DNA of 64,000 nucleotides. It comes from Fusobacteriaceae bacterium (GTDB lineage Bacteria; Fusobacteriota; Fusobacteriia; Fusobacteriales; Fusobacteriaceae). Positions within the stretch are counted from its first letter, which is position 1. Each line of letters starts with the position of its first letter. Positions 1-9,137 of the stretch are shown one piece after another. A model generated the notes under the pieces. That model had not been told where the DNA came from. It ran no database searches and was given only the letters and a program-made list of their open reading frames with translations. The stretch covers positions 55,423-119,422 of the forward strand of contig JAITPM010000040.1 of NCBI GenBank assembly GCA_031289425.1, in the 5' to 3' direction. The position numbers and the translations under genes were made by a program.

Positions 1-2
1 TT

Positions 3-779
3 GCCTTAGAGGAATTTTCATTATCAATTAAGGACGGGGAGTTTGTATCAATTGTAGGACCGTCAGGTTGCGGTAAATCAACTTTTCTTGATATCGTAGC
101 GGGTCTTACTAAGCCAAAATCCGGTGATATTCGTATTGACGGACAACTGGTAAATGGTCCTGCCCTGGATAGAGGTTTTATAATGCAAGGATACGCCCTG
201 TTTCCATGGCGAACGGTAATGCGAAATGTAGCTTATGGTTTGGAGGTCAAACATGTTCCTAAAAAAGAACGCCTAGATATATGCAAGCAATATATTGAAC
301 TGGTAGGATTGAGCGGTTTTGAGGATCGATATCCAAATGAACTATCAGGTGGAATGCGTCAGCGGGTAGCAATCGCACGCTCACTGGCATATGAACCTAA
401 AGTACTTTTGATGGATGAACCTTTTGCAGCCGTTGACGCTCAAACTCGTGAGACGCTTCAAGATGAATTACTACGCATTTGGGAAAAAACTAAAAAGACA
501 ATTATTTTTATTACTCATAGCATTGAGGAAGCAGTACTTTTAGCCGATCGTGTCGTTGTAATGACACCGAGACCAGGTAGAATTAAGAAAATTGTCAATA
601 TTGATTTACCTCGTCCACGAACTGCGGCTGATGTGCGATTATCTTCTGATTACAGTTGGATAACACACAATATTTGGGAATTATTGCAGAGTGAGTTTGA
701 TAATTGTAATGTGAAAGTACCAGTGGCTAACGATGCAACTAATGTTGCAGATGAAATTGCGCCTGGAACACAAATCTAG
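3..779 (+). CDS. ABC transporter ATP-binding protein, nitrate/sulfonate/taurine (SsuB/TauB-like) type; 5' end cut by window edge
   Basis: Frame 3 is open from nt 3 and reads ...SIVGPSGCGKSTFLD (Walker A). It continues into ORF 183..779 with LSGGMRQRVAIARSL (ABC signature) and LLMDEPF (Walker B). Cognate binding protein and permease genes follow. Confidence 0.9.
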   Translation, partial: ALEEFSLSIKDGEFVSIVGPSGCGKSTFLDIVAGLTKPKSGDIRIDGQLVNGPALDRGFIMQGYALFPWRTVMRNVAYGLEVKHVPKKERLDICKQYIELVGLSGFEDRYPNELSGGMRQRVAIARSLAYEPKVLLMDEPFAAVDAQTRETLQDELLRIWEKTKKTIIFITHSIEEAVLLADRVVVMTPRPGRIKKIVNIDLPRPRTAADVRLSSDYSWITHNIWELLQSEFDNCNVKVPVANDATNVADEIAPGTQI

Positions 780-940
780 CGGTTTCTTTGGTAATCTACC
801 AAAAGCCTTGGGAAATATGATTAGCAATTAGGGGATGATAGCTTATGAAAATGTGTCGATAATCATAAATAATAGAATAAATACTATTTTAAGATGTGGA
901 TTAAACAACTAAAAAACTATATTATACAAGGAGGAACAAA

Positions 941-2008
941 ATGAAAAAAATATTTAAATTTAGGTCAATAGTAATTATTGGATTACTTCTAGTATTATCT
1001 TTTGCTATAAGTGCAGCTAGTTCAACTGAAAACAAAACATCAAAGGACGGGAAAAAATTATTTAATCTCCGTGTAGTTGATCCTCCAGTTGATTATCTTG
1101 AATTTGTAACAGCATGGGAACTTGGATTTTTTGAAGAAGAGGGAATTAATATTGAATTTATCGGTACACTTCCTACTGGTCTAAAAGATTTACAAGCTAT
1201 AGAACAAGGTATTATTGATGCGTCTTATTCAGGGCATCCATCTAATATTGCTCAAGCTCGTCTTGCAGGTATAAAAGTTAAAATCGTTCAACCAGGCATG
1301 GTAGATACTGCTGAAAGCCCTCATGTTACTTATCTTGTAAAGAAAGACAGTAAGATAAAGTCTTTGGATGATTTAAAGGGTGCAAAGGTAGGAGTATCAT
1401 CAATAGCCGTTTGTTCAAGTGGATATGTGCAATATTATTTGGAACGTGGAGGTTGGTCAAAGGATGATGTTGAATTCTTAACATTCGCAACTTCTGGTAC
1501 TCAAGAACAAGCAGTGATTCAAGGGGATATAGATGTTTCGACTTCTCATACACCATATGCTGAAATTACACTTAAAACTGGAGAAGTTCGTTCAATAGGA
1601 ACTACTTATGATATCTTTCATAGTGGCGCTGGCGGACTTGGTGCAAGGACATTGGCTGAACGTATAATAAATGAACATCCAGAAGTGGCTCAAGGGTTTG
1701 TAAATGCAATGTATCGTGCACGTGTTTGGACAAATGATCATTTTGTAGAGGCCGGTGATTTAGTTGCAGCTGTTTTGGGTCTTAATAAGGGAGACGTTCT
1801 TGCTATTTACCAAGATACTAATAAAAACATTGATCCTGATTATCTAAAGATTTGGTTTGACATAGGCATAAAAATAGGTTTTTGGAAAGAAGGAGATATC
1901 ACTCCCGATGAAATTTATACGAATCAATTTGTACCAAAAGATGCTCCAGCAGCCGACAAAGATTTGCATTGGGATGGCACTCCAAATCGTGTATTCCATA
2001 AATCATAG
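941..2008 (+). CDS. ABC substrate-binding protein, NMT1/SsuA/TauA-like (organosulfonate-type), with N-terminal signal peptide
   Basis: RBS AAGGAGG lies 7 nt upstream. Hydrophobic signal sequence. Located between the ATPase and permease of a sulfonate-type ABC system. Size ~355 aa. Confidence 0.8.
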   Translation: MKKIFKFRSIVIIGLLLVLSFAISAASSTENKTSKDGKKLFNLRVVDPPVDYLEFVTAWELGFFEEEGINIEFIGTLPTGLKDLQAIEQGIIDASYSGHPSNIAQARLAGIKVKIVQPGMVDTAESPHVTYLVKKDSKIKSLDDLKGAKVGVSSIAVCSSGYVQYYLERGGWSKDDVEFLTFATSGTQEQAVIQGDIDVSTSHTPYAEITLKTGEVRSIGTTYDIFHSGAGGLGARTLAERIINEHPEVAQGFVNAMYRARVWTNDHFVEAGDLVAAVLGLNKGDVLAIYQDTNKNIDPDYLKIWFDIGIKIGFWKEGDITPDEIYTNQFVPKDAPAADKDLHWDGTPNRVFHKS

Positions 2009-2059
2009 AAATAGTTTTACTGTTGGATAGATATACAAGTTAATAATTATAACTTATTA

Positions 2060-2088
2060 TTCCACGGCTGTTTAAAACCGCCGTGGAA
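2060..2088 (+). terminator. Intercistronic stem-loop after the binding-protein gene (partial terminator/attenuator candidate)
   Basis: TTCCACGGC (2060-2068) pairs with GCCGTGGAA (2080-2088) across an 11-nt loop. Only a weak T tract follows. Confidence 0.35.
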
Positions 2089-2123
2089 TTAATCACAAAT
2101 TTATTTTAAGGCAGGTTTTTACA

Positions 2124-2927
2124 ATGAAAAAAATACTTAAGTTAATATCAAAGAATATTCTTAAGACTATTTATGGATGGATGGCAATTTTTGTTTTTTT
2201 TGCCCTTTGGGAAATTGCATCAAGATTAAATTTGCTGGTTAATCCATTGTTTTTACCACCCTTCACTAAGATTGTCAAGGTACTATGGGGAACCATGGTT
2301 AGTGGGGCACTTTGGAAACATCTCTTTATTAGTCTTCAACGGTCACTGTTTGGTTTTTCGGCAGCTCTTGCTTTTGCAATTCCCTTAGGATTGGCAGTAG
2401 GTTGGTTCAAAGGATTTGAAAATTTTCTTAATCCTCTGTTGCAAGTATTCAGAAATACTCCCACTTTGGCATTGCTCCCAGTTTTTGTTATGCTTTTCGG
2501 AATAGGAGAAACATCAAAAATTGTAGTAATTTTTTGGGGTTCATTCTGGGGTGTACTTTTAAATTCAATAGCAGGTGTAAAGAATGTTGACCCACAACTC
2601 ATTCGTGCCTCACGTTCGATGGGAACCAGTTCAATACGGTTGTTTTTGACAGTGATTCTCCCAGCCTCATTACCTTCTATTTTTACCGGTATACGATTGG
2701 CGGCTACTTCATCTGTTCTTATTGTAACTGCGGCTGAGATGGTAGGTGCAAGTAAGGGATTGGGTTATCAACTTTATTTCTATCAATCAAACTATAAATT
2801 CACTGAGATGTATGCATATATTTTTGTGATGTCTATTATCGGTGTGACGCTAAATTTCGTCTTAGAAAAAATAGAAAAAAATTCATTTCGTTGGCGTGAT
2901 GAAGCTGGCACTTCAGCAAATAAATAA
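2124..2927 (+). CDS. ABC transporter permease, SsuC/TauC-like (BPD_transp_1)
   Basis: 267 aa polytopic membrane protein with an EAA-like loop (AAEMVGASKGLGY), adjacent to the matching ATPase and binding protein. Confidence 0.85.
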   Translation: MKKILKLISKNILKTIYGWMAIFVFFALWEIASRLNLLVNPLFLPPFTKIVKVLWGTMVSGALWKHLFISLQRSLFGFSAALAFAIPLGLAVGWFKGFENFLNPLLQVFRNTPTLALLPVFVMLFGIGETSKIVVIFWGSFWGVLLNSIAGVKNVDPQLIRASRSMGTSSIRLFLTVILPASLPSIFTGIRLAATSSVLIVTAAEMVGASKGLGYQLYFYQSNYKFTEMYAYIFVMSIIGVTLNFVLEKIEKNSFRWRDEAGTSANK

Positions 2928-2945
2928 TATAGGGGGTACATCAAA

Positions 2946-3908
2946 ATGGCAAAACTTGTAAATAATTTAACAGATCTTATAGGGGATACTCCATTATTAC
3001 GCCCCAAGGCTTTTATCAAAAGGGAAAAGATAATAAACGTAGATTTACTTCTGAAACTGGAATACTTCAATCCGCTCGGTAGTGTCAAAGATCGTATTGC
3101 TTATGCAATGATTAAAGATGCTGAAGAGCGTGGAGTATTGAATGCAGATAGCGTCATTATTGAGCCGTCTAGTGGGAATACTGGTATTGGACTTGCATTT
3201 GTTGCTGCTGCACGAGGGTACAGGATTATTGTCGTTATGCCGGATACTATGAGTCATGAAAGACGTGGCCTTGTAAAAGCTCTGGGAGCAAAGCTTGTAC
3301 TTACACGAGGAGTAGATGGGGTAAATGCTTCTATTCGTAAGGCTGAGGAGCTTAAGGCTCAACTACCTACCGGAATTATTCTGCAACAATTTAATAATCC
3401 TACAAATCCACGCATCCACTATGTTACAACAGGTCCTGAGATATGGAGAGCTACTAGTGGGAAGGTGGATATTCTGGTCTGTGGTGTAGGTACCGGTGGT
3501 ACTATTAGTGGAACTGGAGGATATCTCAAAGCACAGAAGTCTTCTATTCAGGTGGTGGCAGTGGAACCGGCTTTATCTCCCGTACTCTCTGGTGGAACTC
3601 ACTCCCCCCATAAAATCCAAGGAATTGGCGCTGGTTTTATACCGGCAGTTATGGATATGAAGATTGTCGATGAAGTTTTTACAGTTAAAGATGAAGACGC
3701 CTTTGATACAGTGAGGGTTCTTGCAAAAACAGAAGGTTTACTTGTTGGTGCATCCTCAGGTGCTGCGGCTTTTGCAGCTGTACGCATAGCTTTACGTCCT
3801 GAGAATGTAGGCAAAACAATTCTTGCCATTTTACCTGATACAGGGGAACGTTATCTTTCTACTGCATTATTCGATTACCCACAAGATGAGAAAAATTCTT
3901 CTGAATAA
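2946..3908 (+). CDS. cysK: Cysteine synthase A (O-acetylserine sulfhydrylase)
   Basis: [20 protein letters not shown] (PLP lysine motif), [29 protein letters not shown]. 320 aa. Confidence 0.9.
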   Translation: MAKLVNNLTDLIGDTPLLRPKAFIKREKIINVDLLLKLEYFNPLGSVKDRIAYAMIKDAEERGVLNADSVIIEPSSGNTGIGLAFVAAARGYRIIVVMPDTMSHERRGLVKALGAKLVLTRGVDGVNASIRKAEELKAQLPTGIILQQFNNPTNPRIHYVTTGPEIWRATSGKVDILVCGVGTGGTISGTGGYLKAQKSSIQVVAVEPALSPVLSGGTHSPHKIQGIGAGFIPAVMDMKIVDEVFTVKDEDAFDTVRVLAKTEGLLVGASSGAAAFAAVRIALRPENVGKTILAILPDTGERYLSTALFDYPQDEKNSSE

Positions 3909-3955
3909 TATTCAGAACTATATGGTGTGATAAATAAATTTTAAGGAGGCTAACT

Positions 3956-4402
3956 ATGAGCAAAAATCAAATTGGCGGAGGAATTACCGCAATTGTTACA
4001 GGTGCACTTATTGCATATGGACCGCAATCACTCTTTAAGATTTGTGATCAAGGTCATCATCATGCAGGTCATAGCGCTTGTTATTGGACAGCGCAGGCTA
4101 CTATTGGTACCGGTATTATTTTAGCAATATTTGGTATTGTTTATTTATTTGCGATAAGTACTCAATTGCGCATTGGACTTAGTGTAGGCTTTGCAGGTGT
4201 TATAGCTCTCACATTTTTGATTGCTAACGTTCTAATCGGAATGGATCTAGACCCAATGATGGCTTGCCGTATAAAAACTTTGCCCGCACTTAATGTGATT
4301 TCGATTATAACTTTCATATTGGTGATAGCAAATGTAATATGGTTATTGAGCCAAAACTCTCAAAGAGGAGTAGGAAATGAAAAACAAATTCTCACTGCTT
4401 AA
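3956..4402 (+). CDS. DUF4418-like small polytopic membrane protein
   Basis: 148 aa with four hydrophobic segments and a His/Cys-rich loop (CDQGHHHAGHSACYW). Sits directly upstream of an FtsX permease/ABC ATPase pair, the usual context for this family. Confidence 0.55.
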   Translation: MSKNQIGGGITAIVTGALIAYGPQSLFKICDQGHHHAGHSACYWTAQATIGTGIILAIFGIVYLFAISTQLRIGLSVGFAGVIALTFLIANVLIGMDLDPMMACRIKTLPALNVISIITFILVIANVIWLLSQNSQRGVGNEKQILTA

Positions 4403-5585
4403 TATTTCATTAAAAAATATAGGATATAGAAAATTTAGGACAGCATGTCTTGTAGGTATTATAGGATTTTTGTCCTTTGTATTAATTGGAGGTTCACTGC
4501 TATCTGTATGTATGAAAAACGGCATATCTAGTATATCTGCCCGCTTGGGCGCAGACGCAATGTTCGTCCCAATTGGTTACGAACAAAGTGCAGAAGGTGC
4601 ACTGTTACGTGGTGAGCCGAGTGCATTCTATTTTGATGGTGAAACAGCAAAAGAATTGCTATCTATACCTGATATCAAACAGGCAACACCACAATTATTT
4701 ATTGCGTCATTTGATTCACCTCATTGCTCAGCTCAGATTCAAATGATAGGTTATGATGCTGATACAGACTTCCTTATTGCACCATGGTTAAACGGTGAAG
4801 TTCCGGGAGGACCTGGTATGAACGAAGTCGTCGTCGGGAGCAAAATCAATGGGAAAGTTGGAGATGAACTCATGTTTTTTTCACGCAAATACATAGTTGT
4901 AGGGAAACTTGCCCCAACAGGTATGGGTTTTGATACTTCAGCATTTGTCAATATGGATATGTCGCATATTGCGTTGCAGGAATATGTAAAATTAGGTGGA
5001 AAAGGTGTCCCTGAGGGTGATGGTATTATTTCAAGTATCGCAGTGAATGTTAATTCTGGTGTTGATTTAGATAAATTTGCAAAAAATGTCAGATTAAATT
5101 ATCGTGATTTACGTGTTTCTGTGCTTCTGCCACAAGTTATGATTTCGGGAATGGTCTCAAATCTGAATGCTCTGTTAAAAGTCATTAGCATACTTGCAGT
5201 GTTTTTTTGGGTGCTTACCGCAGTGGTATTAGCATTGATATTTGTGCTGTCACTTAATGAACGCAAACGTGAGTTTGGGATTTTTCGAGCACTGGGCTCA
5301 TCGAAAGCGAAACTTGCAGCTATTATTCTCACAGAATCCACAGTTATCAGTACCATAGGTGCTATTATCGGGCTTGGTCTTGTAAGCTTAGTATATTTCT
5401 CGTTTGAGCCATTGATTAGCCAATCTATTGATTTGCCCTATCTACGACCAAGTAATAGTACTTTTGCGGTATTATTCATAGGCGGGTTTCTGTTGTCGCT
5501 TGTTACCGGCCCTATTGCATCGCTGTACTCAGCATTACGAATAAGTAAAATAGCCACTGCGACTATAATCAAGGAGGGTGTGTGA
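4377..5585 (+). CDS. ABC transporter permease, FtsX/MacB-like
   Basis: 402 aa. N-terminal TM segment, large extracytoplasmic domain, C-terminal 3-TM FtsX domain (ERKREFGIFRALGSSK). RBS GAGGAG upstream. Overlaps the previous gene by 26 nt. Confidence 0.8.
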   Translation: MKNKFSLLNISLKNIGYRKFRTACLVGIIGFLSFVLIGGSLLSVCMKNGISSISARLGADAMFVPIGYEQSAEGALLRGEPSAFYFDGETAKELLSIPDIKQATPQLFIASFDSPHCSAQIQMIGYDADTDFLIAPWLNGEVPGGPGMNEVVVGSKINGKVGDELMFFSRKYIVVGKLAPTGMGFDTSAFVNMDMSHIALQEYVKLGGKGVPEGDGIISSIAVNVNSGVDLDKFAKNVRLNYRDLRVSVLLPQVMISGMVSNLNALLKVISILAVFFWVLTAVVLALIFVLSLNERKREFGIFRALGSSKAKLAAIILTESTVISTIGAIIGLGLVSLVYFSFEPLISQSIDLPYLRPSNSTFAVLFIGGFLLSLVTGPIASLYSALRISKIATATIIKEGV

Positions 5586-6253
5586 TGTTACTTCAAGTAA
5601 AAGATGTAACAAAAATTTATAAACGAGCTGGATTGGAGTTTAAGGCTGTAGATAGTGCCGATTTTGTTGTCGATAGCAGTGAATTTGCAATAATAAACGG
5701 ACAATCAGGAAGTGGAAAAAGTACATTACTAGCTATTATTGCGGGGTTGTTATTTCCAGAATCTGGTAAAGTATTCTTTGAGGATGTGGATATAACCCAA
5801 TTGAATGATAGACAGCTTTCAAGACTGCGTAACGAGAAAATAGGATTTATACCACAGGGGCATTGTTTGCTTGATAATTTCACTGTGATTGACAATGTAT
5901 GTCTACCATATTATTTGAAAAAGTTGAATGGAGACCCCTATAAAGTTGCAATCCAATTGCTCGAACGTATAGGAATAGCCCATCTTGCAAATCAGTATCC
6001 AGTGCAGTTGTCCGGAGGTGAGCTTCGCCGTGCTGCAATAGCCCGTGGCTTGATTAATAGTCCGAAACTTATCATAGCTGATGAGCCTACAAGTGACCTT
6101 GACCCTATCAATTCGGCTAACATTATGACTCTTTTTGAGGAAATTGCTAGATCTGGTTCAGCTGTATTAGTCGTGACTCACGAATTCCAAAAACCTATAG
6201 GTTGCAATAAACACTTAACAATGGAAAATGGAAGAATAAGGAATAAAATTTGA
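5585..6253 (+). CDS. ABC transporter ATP-binding protein (LolD/MacB-type)
   Basis: GQSGSGKSTLL Walker A, LSGGELRRAAIARGL signature, IIADEPTSDLD Walker B. The ATG overlaps the upstream TGA (TGATG). RBS AAGGAGGG. Confidence 0.85.
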   Translation: MLLQVKDVTKIYKRAGLEFKAVDSADFVVDSSEFAIINGQSGSGKSTLLAIIAGLLFPESGKVFFEDVDITQLNDRQLSRLRNEKIGFIPQGHCLLDNFTVIDNVCLPYYLKKLNGDPYKVAIQLLERIGIAHLANQYPVQLSGGELRRAAIARGLINSPKLIIADEPTSDLDPINSANIMTLFEEIARSGSAVLVVTHEFQKPIGCNKHLTMENGRIRNKI

Positions 6254-6258
6254 AAATG

Positions 6259-6297
6259 GAGAATTATAGCGAATTTGGATAATTCTCTATTTTTTAT
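6259..6297 (+). terminator. Rho-independent terminator of the + strand operon
   Basis: GAGAATTAT (6259-6267) pairs with ATAATTCTC (6279-6287), followed by TATTTTTTATT. Confidence 0.6.
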
Positions 6298-6429
6298 TGG
6301 TAAGAGAATAATATATGGTTGGCAGCGGCAGAAATTGCAAAATAAGGCTAAAGTTAGTTATTGACAAATATAAATTTTTATGATAATTTTAGAGCAGGGT
6401 TTAGATTTTTATAAAAATAAGGTGCTGTT

Positions 6430-7612
6430 ATGAAATATATTCAAAGAAGCTTGTAAAGAAAATTTCTACATATGAGTGAATTCAGTCAAGCAATTCTAGT
6501 AACTGGTGCAAGACAAGTGGGTAAGACTACAATGCTTAGACACCTTGCACAGGGTACAAATCGGACTTATGTGTCACTGTACAATTCTATGGTTCGAATA
6601 CTTGCCAAAGAAGACCCGGTTTTATTCTTTCAAACATCTAAACCACCAATTATCATTGATGAAATTCAATATGCAACTGAACTTTTTACACAAATTAAGA
6701 TAATTTGCGATAATAGCAAAGAAATAGGACTCTTTTGGCTAATTGCTTCTCAAGGTTATAAAATGATGAAAGGTGTTAGTGAAACTTTGGCTGGCAGGAT
6801 TATTATACTGACTCTTTTTAGTTTGTCAACAGCAGAAAAAACAATACAAGATGGGATGATGAGCTTGGGGATAATCCTCTTGATTTTTCTCATGAAATCC
6901 TCTTGAATCGACAAAGCAAAGCCAATAAAACGGATGTTGAAAATGTGTTTCAAAATATATGGCATGGTGGTATGCCCCAAGCTATCTTAGCTGATAATGA
7001 ACAGAGACAAGAGTATTTTAATTCATATGTAAACACTTTTTTAATGCGTGATGTAGCTGATTTAGGCGGTATAACAGATACTATTCGGTTTGCTAAGTTT
7101 ATCACAGCTTGCGCTGCTCTTATTGCACAACAAGTTAATTATGCAACTCTTGCAGAAACTGCTAATATTTCTCAAGTGATGGCAAGGGAATGGCTTAGAT
7201 TATTAGAGGGTTTGGGGGTTATATACTTATTACAACCATATTTTAATAATACCTTGAAGCGGATTACTAAAACACCGAAACTGTATTTTTGCGATACAGG
7301 CTTGGCTGCATTTTTATCAATGTGGCTAACTCCACAAACTTTATTAAATGGAGCAGCAAGTGGATTTTTTTTGAAAATTATGTTGTACTGGAATTGTTAA
7401 AAAACTATTCTTATTCAAAATCAAAGGTAAATATGATATATTTTAGAGATAGTAACGCAAAAGAAATTGATATTTTTATTGAAGAAAATAATGTAATTCA
7501 TCCCATAGAAATTAAAAAATTAGCTAATCCCAATAAGAGTGAAGTTAAAAAATTTTCCGTGTTAGAAAAATCAAGTGTAGAGCGTGGCAACGGTGGAATA
7601 ATTCGTAAATAG
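6430..7612 (+). pseudogene. Decayed AAA ATPase gene (AAA_14 N-terminal domain plus DUF4143-like C-terminal domain)
   Basis: ATG at 6430 (MKYIQRSL) hits an in-frame TAA at 6454-6456. The same frame then continues as ILVTGARQVGKTT (Walker A). The reading frame is split again near 6900 and near 7290-7400 (ORFs 6472..6906, 6903..7400, 7289..7612). Confidence 0.75.
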
Positions 7613-7627
7613 TAAAGGAGCGAATCT

Positions 7628-8470
7628 ATGTTAAAAAACATCCCTTTAGATATCCATAAATGTGATAAAATCATATATAAAGGAATCCCAATTCTTTGCA
7701 TGGATTGTGGGTCAAGCTATGTGAAGACTTTATTTTTTGATAATAATGGCTTTGTAACAAGTAAATACAGTTATGAGAATTTTTCAATTAAGGAAATTTT
7801 AAAATCTGTAGATACAAAAAATACTGTAATTATACTGACAGGAGTGCGGGGAGATGAGATTCACAAAGAAATATCCCCATTATTTGTGATAAGGTATACA
7901 GAGATGGAATGCATCTCAGCTATTGCTACCAGTATCGGAATTGACCAAGCAATTATTGCTTCTATCGGTACCGGAACTTTTTTTATTGTCTTAGAAAATA
8001 ATACTGGCATTCACTTTGGAGGTACAGGTATAGGTGGAGGGACATTTATTGGTTTGGCAGCAAGACTTTTGAATATAACAGATCCTGTCGAAGTGGAAAA
8101 ATTAGCTGAAACCGGAAACCTTACAAAGATCAATCACACCATTGAAGAATTGACAAATTCCGGGATAAGTTATTTGACCAATGATTATACCGCATCTAAT
8201 TTTTCAAAACTGTCAGGCGGAAGTCCTAATGATATAGCTGCGGGTATACATAGTTTGGTGGCTGAAGTTATCGGAATGATGGGAGCGCAGATAGCTGTTT
8301 CGCATAAAATAAAGACGATTATTTTCACAGGGGCAGTTTGTAAAAATAGGCTTATTTGTGAGAGGTTAGTTATGTGTATGGAACTTTTTTCGCTAAAAGC
8401 AATATTTATAGATAAGCCTGAATTTGGAACATGTTTTGGTGGAATTATGAGATACAGCAGAGAGGTGTAG
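7628..8470 (+). CDS. coaW: Type II pantothenate kinase-like ASKHA-fold kinase
   Basis: MDCGSSYVKT phosphate-1 motif, SIGTGTFF and GGTGIGGGTFIGLA motifs typical of type II PanK. RBS AAAGGAG lies 8 nt upstream. 280 aa. Confidence 0.55.
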   Translation: MLKNIPLDIHKCDKIIYKGIPILCMDCGSSYVKTLFFDNNGFVTSKYSYENFSIKEILKSVDTKNTVIILTGVRGDEIHKEISPLFVIRYTEMECISAIATSIGIDQAIIASIGTGTFFIVLENNTGIHFGGTGIGGGTFIGLAARLLNITDPVEVEKLAETGNLTKINHTIEELTNSGISYLTNDYTASNFSKLSGGSPNDIAAGIHSLVAEVIGMMGAQIAVSHKIKTIIFTGAVCKNRLICERLVMCMELFSLKAIFIDKPEFGTCFGGIMRYSREV

Positions 8471-8493
8471 TGTCTTACATCAACAACACATAT

Positions 8494-8533
8494 AGCCCTC
8501 AATGACTTAAAATTAAGTCACGGAGGGCTTTTT
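8494..8533. terminator. Bidirectional terminator between convergent genes
   Basis: AGCCCTC (8494-8500) pairs with GAGGGCT (8523-8529), with an inner helix TGACTTAA/TTAAGTCA. TTTT follows on the + strand. Confidence 0.55.
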
Positions 8534-8578
8534 AATATGCGCCTAAAAATGAAAAGATGAAACAATTATATTAAAAAT

Positions 8579-8971
8579 TTAAAATTCAAATTCTTTTTTT
8601 GCTTCTTTAAAAGATTCAATGGTAGCCTTAGCATTTTTCAAATAATAAACGACTGTATTACCATCATTTTCATTATATCTTCCACGTAATGTAGGATATG
8701 CGTCTAACATAGATTTTCTAGCGGCTACTCTGTCGTCTTCCACTAGGGATCCCTCAATACGGATCCAGTAGTCTCCATCAAATGCGGAGATGGAAACCTT
8801 AGGGTTAGCATCTATTTGCTTAGATACGGGTTTTACCTTTCCAGTCTGGATATATAGCTTACCTTCAAATTCATTGATTGTGCCAAAAGGTCTAACTTTT
8901 GGTTGATCATCTTCAACAGTAGCTAAAAAATATACCTTTACTTTTTTCAAAAATTCGACAACTTCTTTCAT
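8579..8971 (-). CDS. Pyridoxamine 5'-phosphate oxidase-family (FMN-binding split barrel) protein
   Basis: 130 aa starting at MKEVVEFLKK, with RBS AGGAGG upstream of the ATG at 8971. YFLATVEDDQPKVRPFG motif. The longer ORF to 9019 has no RBS. Confidence 0.6.
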   Translation of the reverse strand: MKEVVEFLKKVKVYFLATVEDDQPKVRPFGTINEFEGKLYIQTGKVKPVSKQIDANPKVSISAFDGDYWIRIEGSLVEDDRVAARKSMLDAYPTLRGRYNENDGNTVVYYLKNAKATIESFKEAKKEFEF

Positions 8972-9137
8972 TTTTCCTCCTGATTTTAATATAATGATAA
9001 ATAAAAACCTATGGTTCATCTTAATTATACCACATATTTATATGTTGAGATAAAAAATTAAAAAATAATGATAATATTAGGAAACTCCATTATTAAGTTC
9101 ATTTTCATTGATAATATTCCATGTATATTTTAAATTT

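Noticed and set aside
845-862. Mini-ORF ATG AAA ATG TGT CGA TAA (MKMCR) upstream of the first binding-protein gene, as a third Met/Cys leader peptide.
   Set aside because: At five codons with one Cys it is too short to distinguish from chance. The putative RBS is weak, and no associated terminator or anti-terminator structure was seen.
1326-1556. Numerous 60-120 aa ORFs in the supplied track that lie antisense to, or out of frame within, well-supported genes (e.g. 1326..1556-, 2336..2602-, 3045..3362-, 9988..10218+, 12965..13330+, 20869..21156+, 23237..23530+, 34664..34969+, 45790..45984-, 52736..53026+, 56788..57000-).
   Set aside because: - They overlap longer ORFs that carry clear family motifs.
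- They lack ribosome-binding sites.
- Their composition is skewed and low-complexity, as expected for shadow frames in AT-rich DNA.
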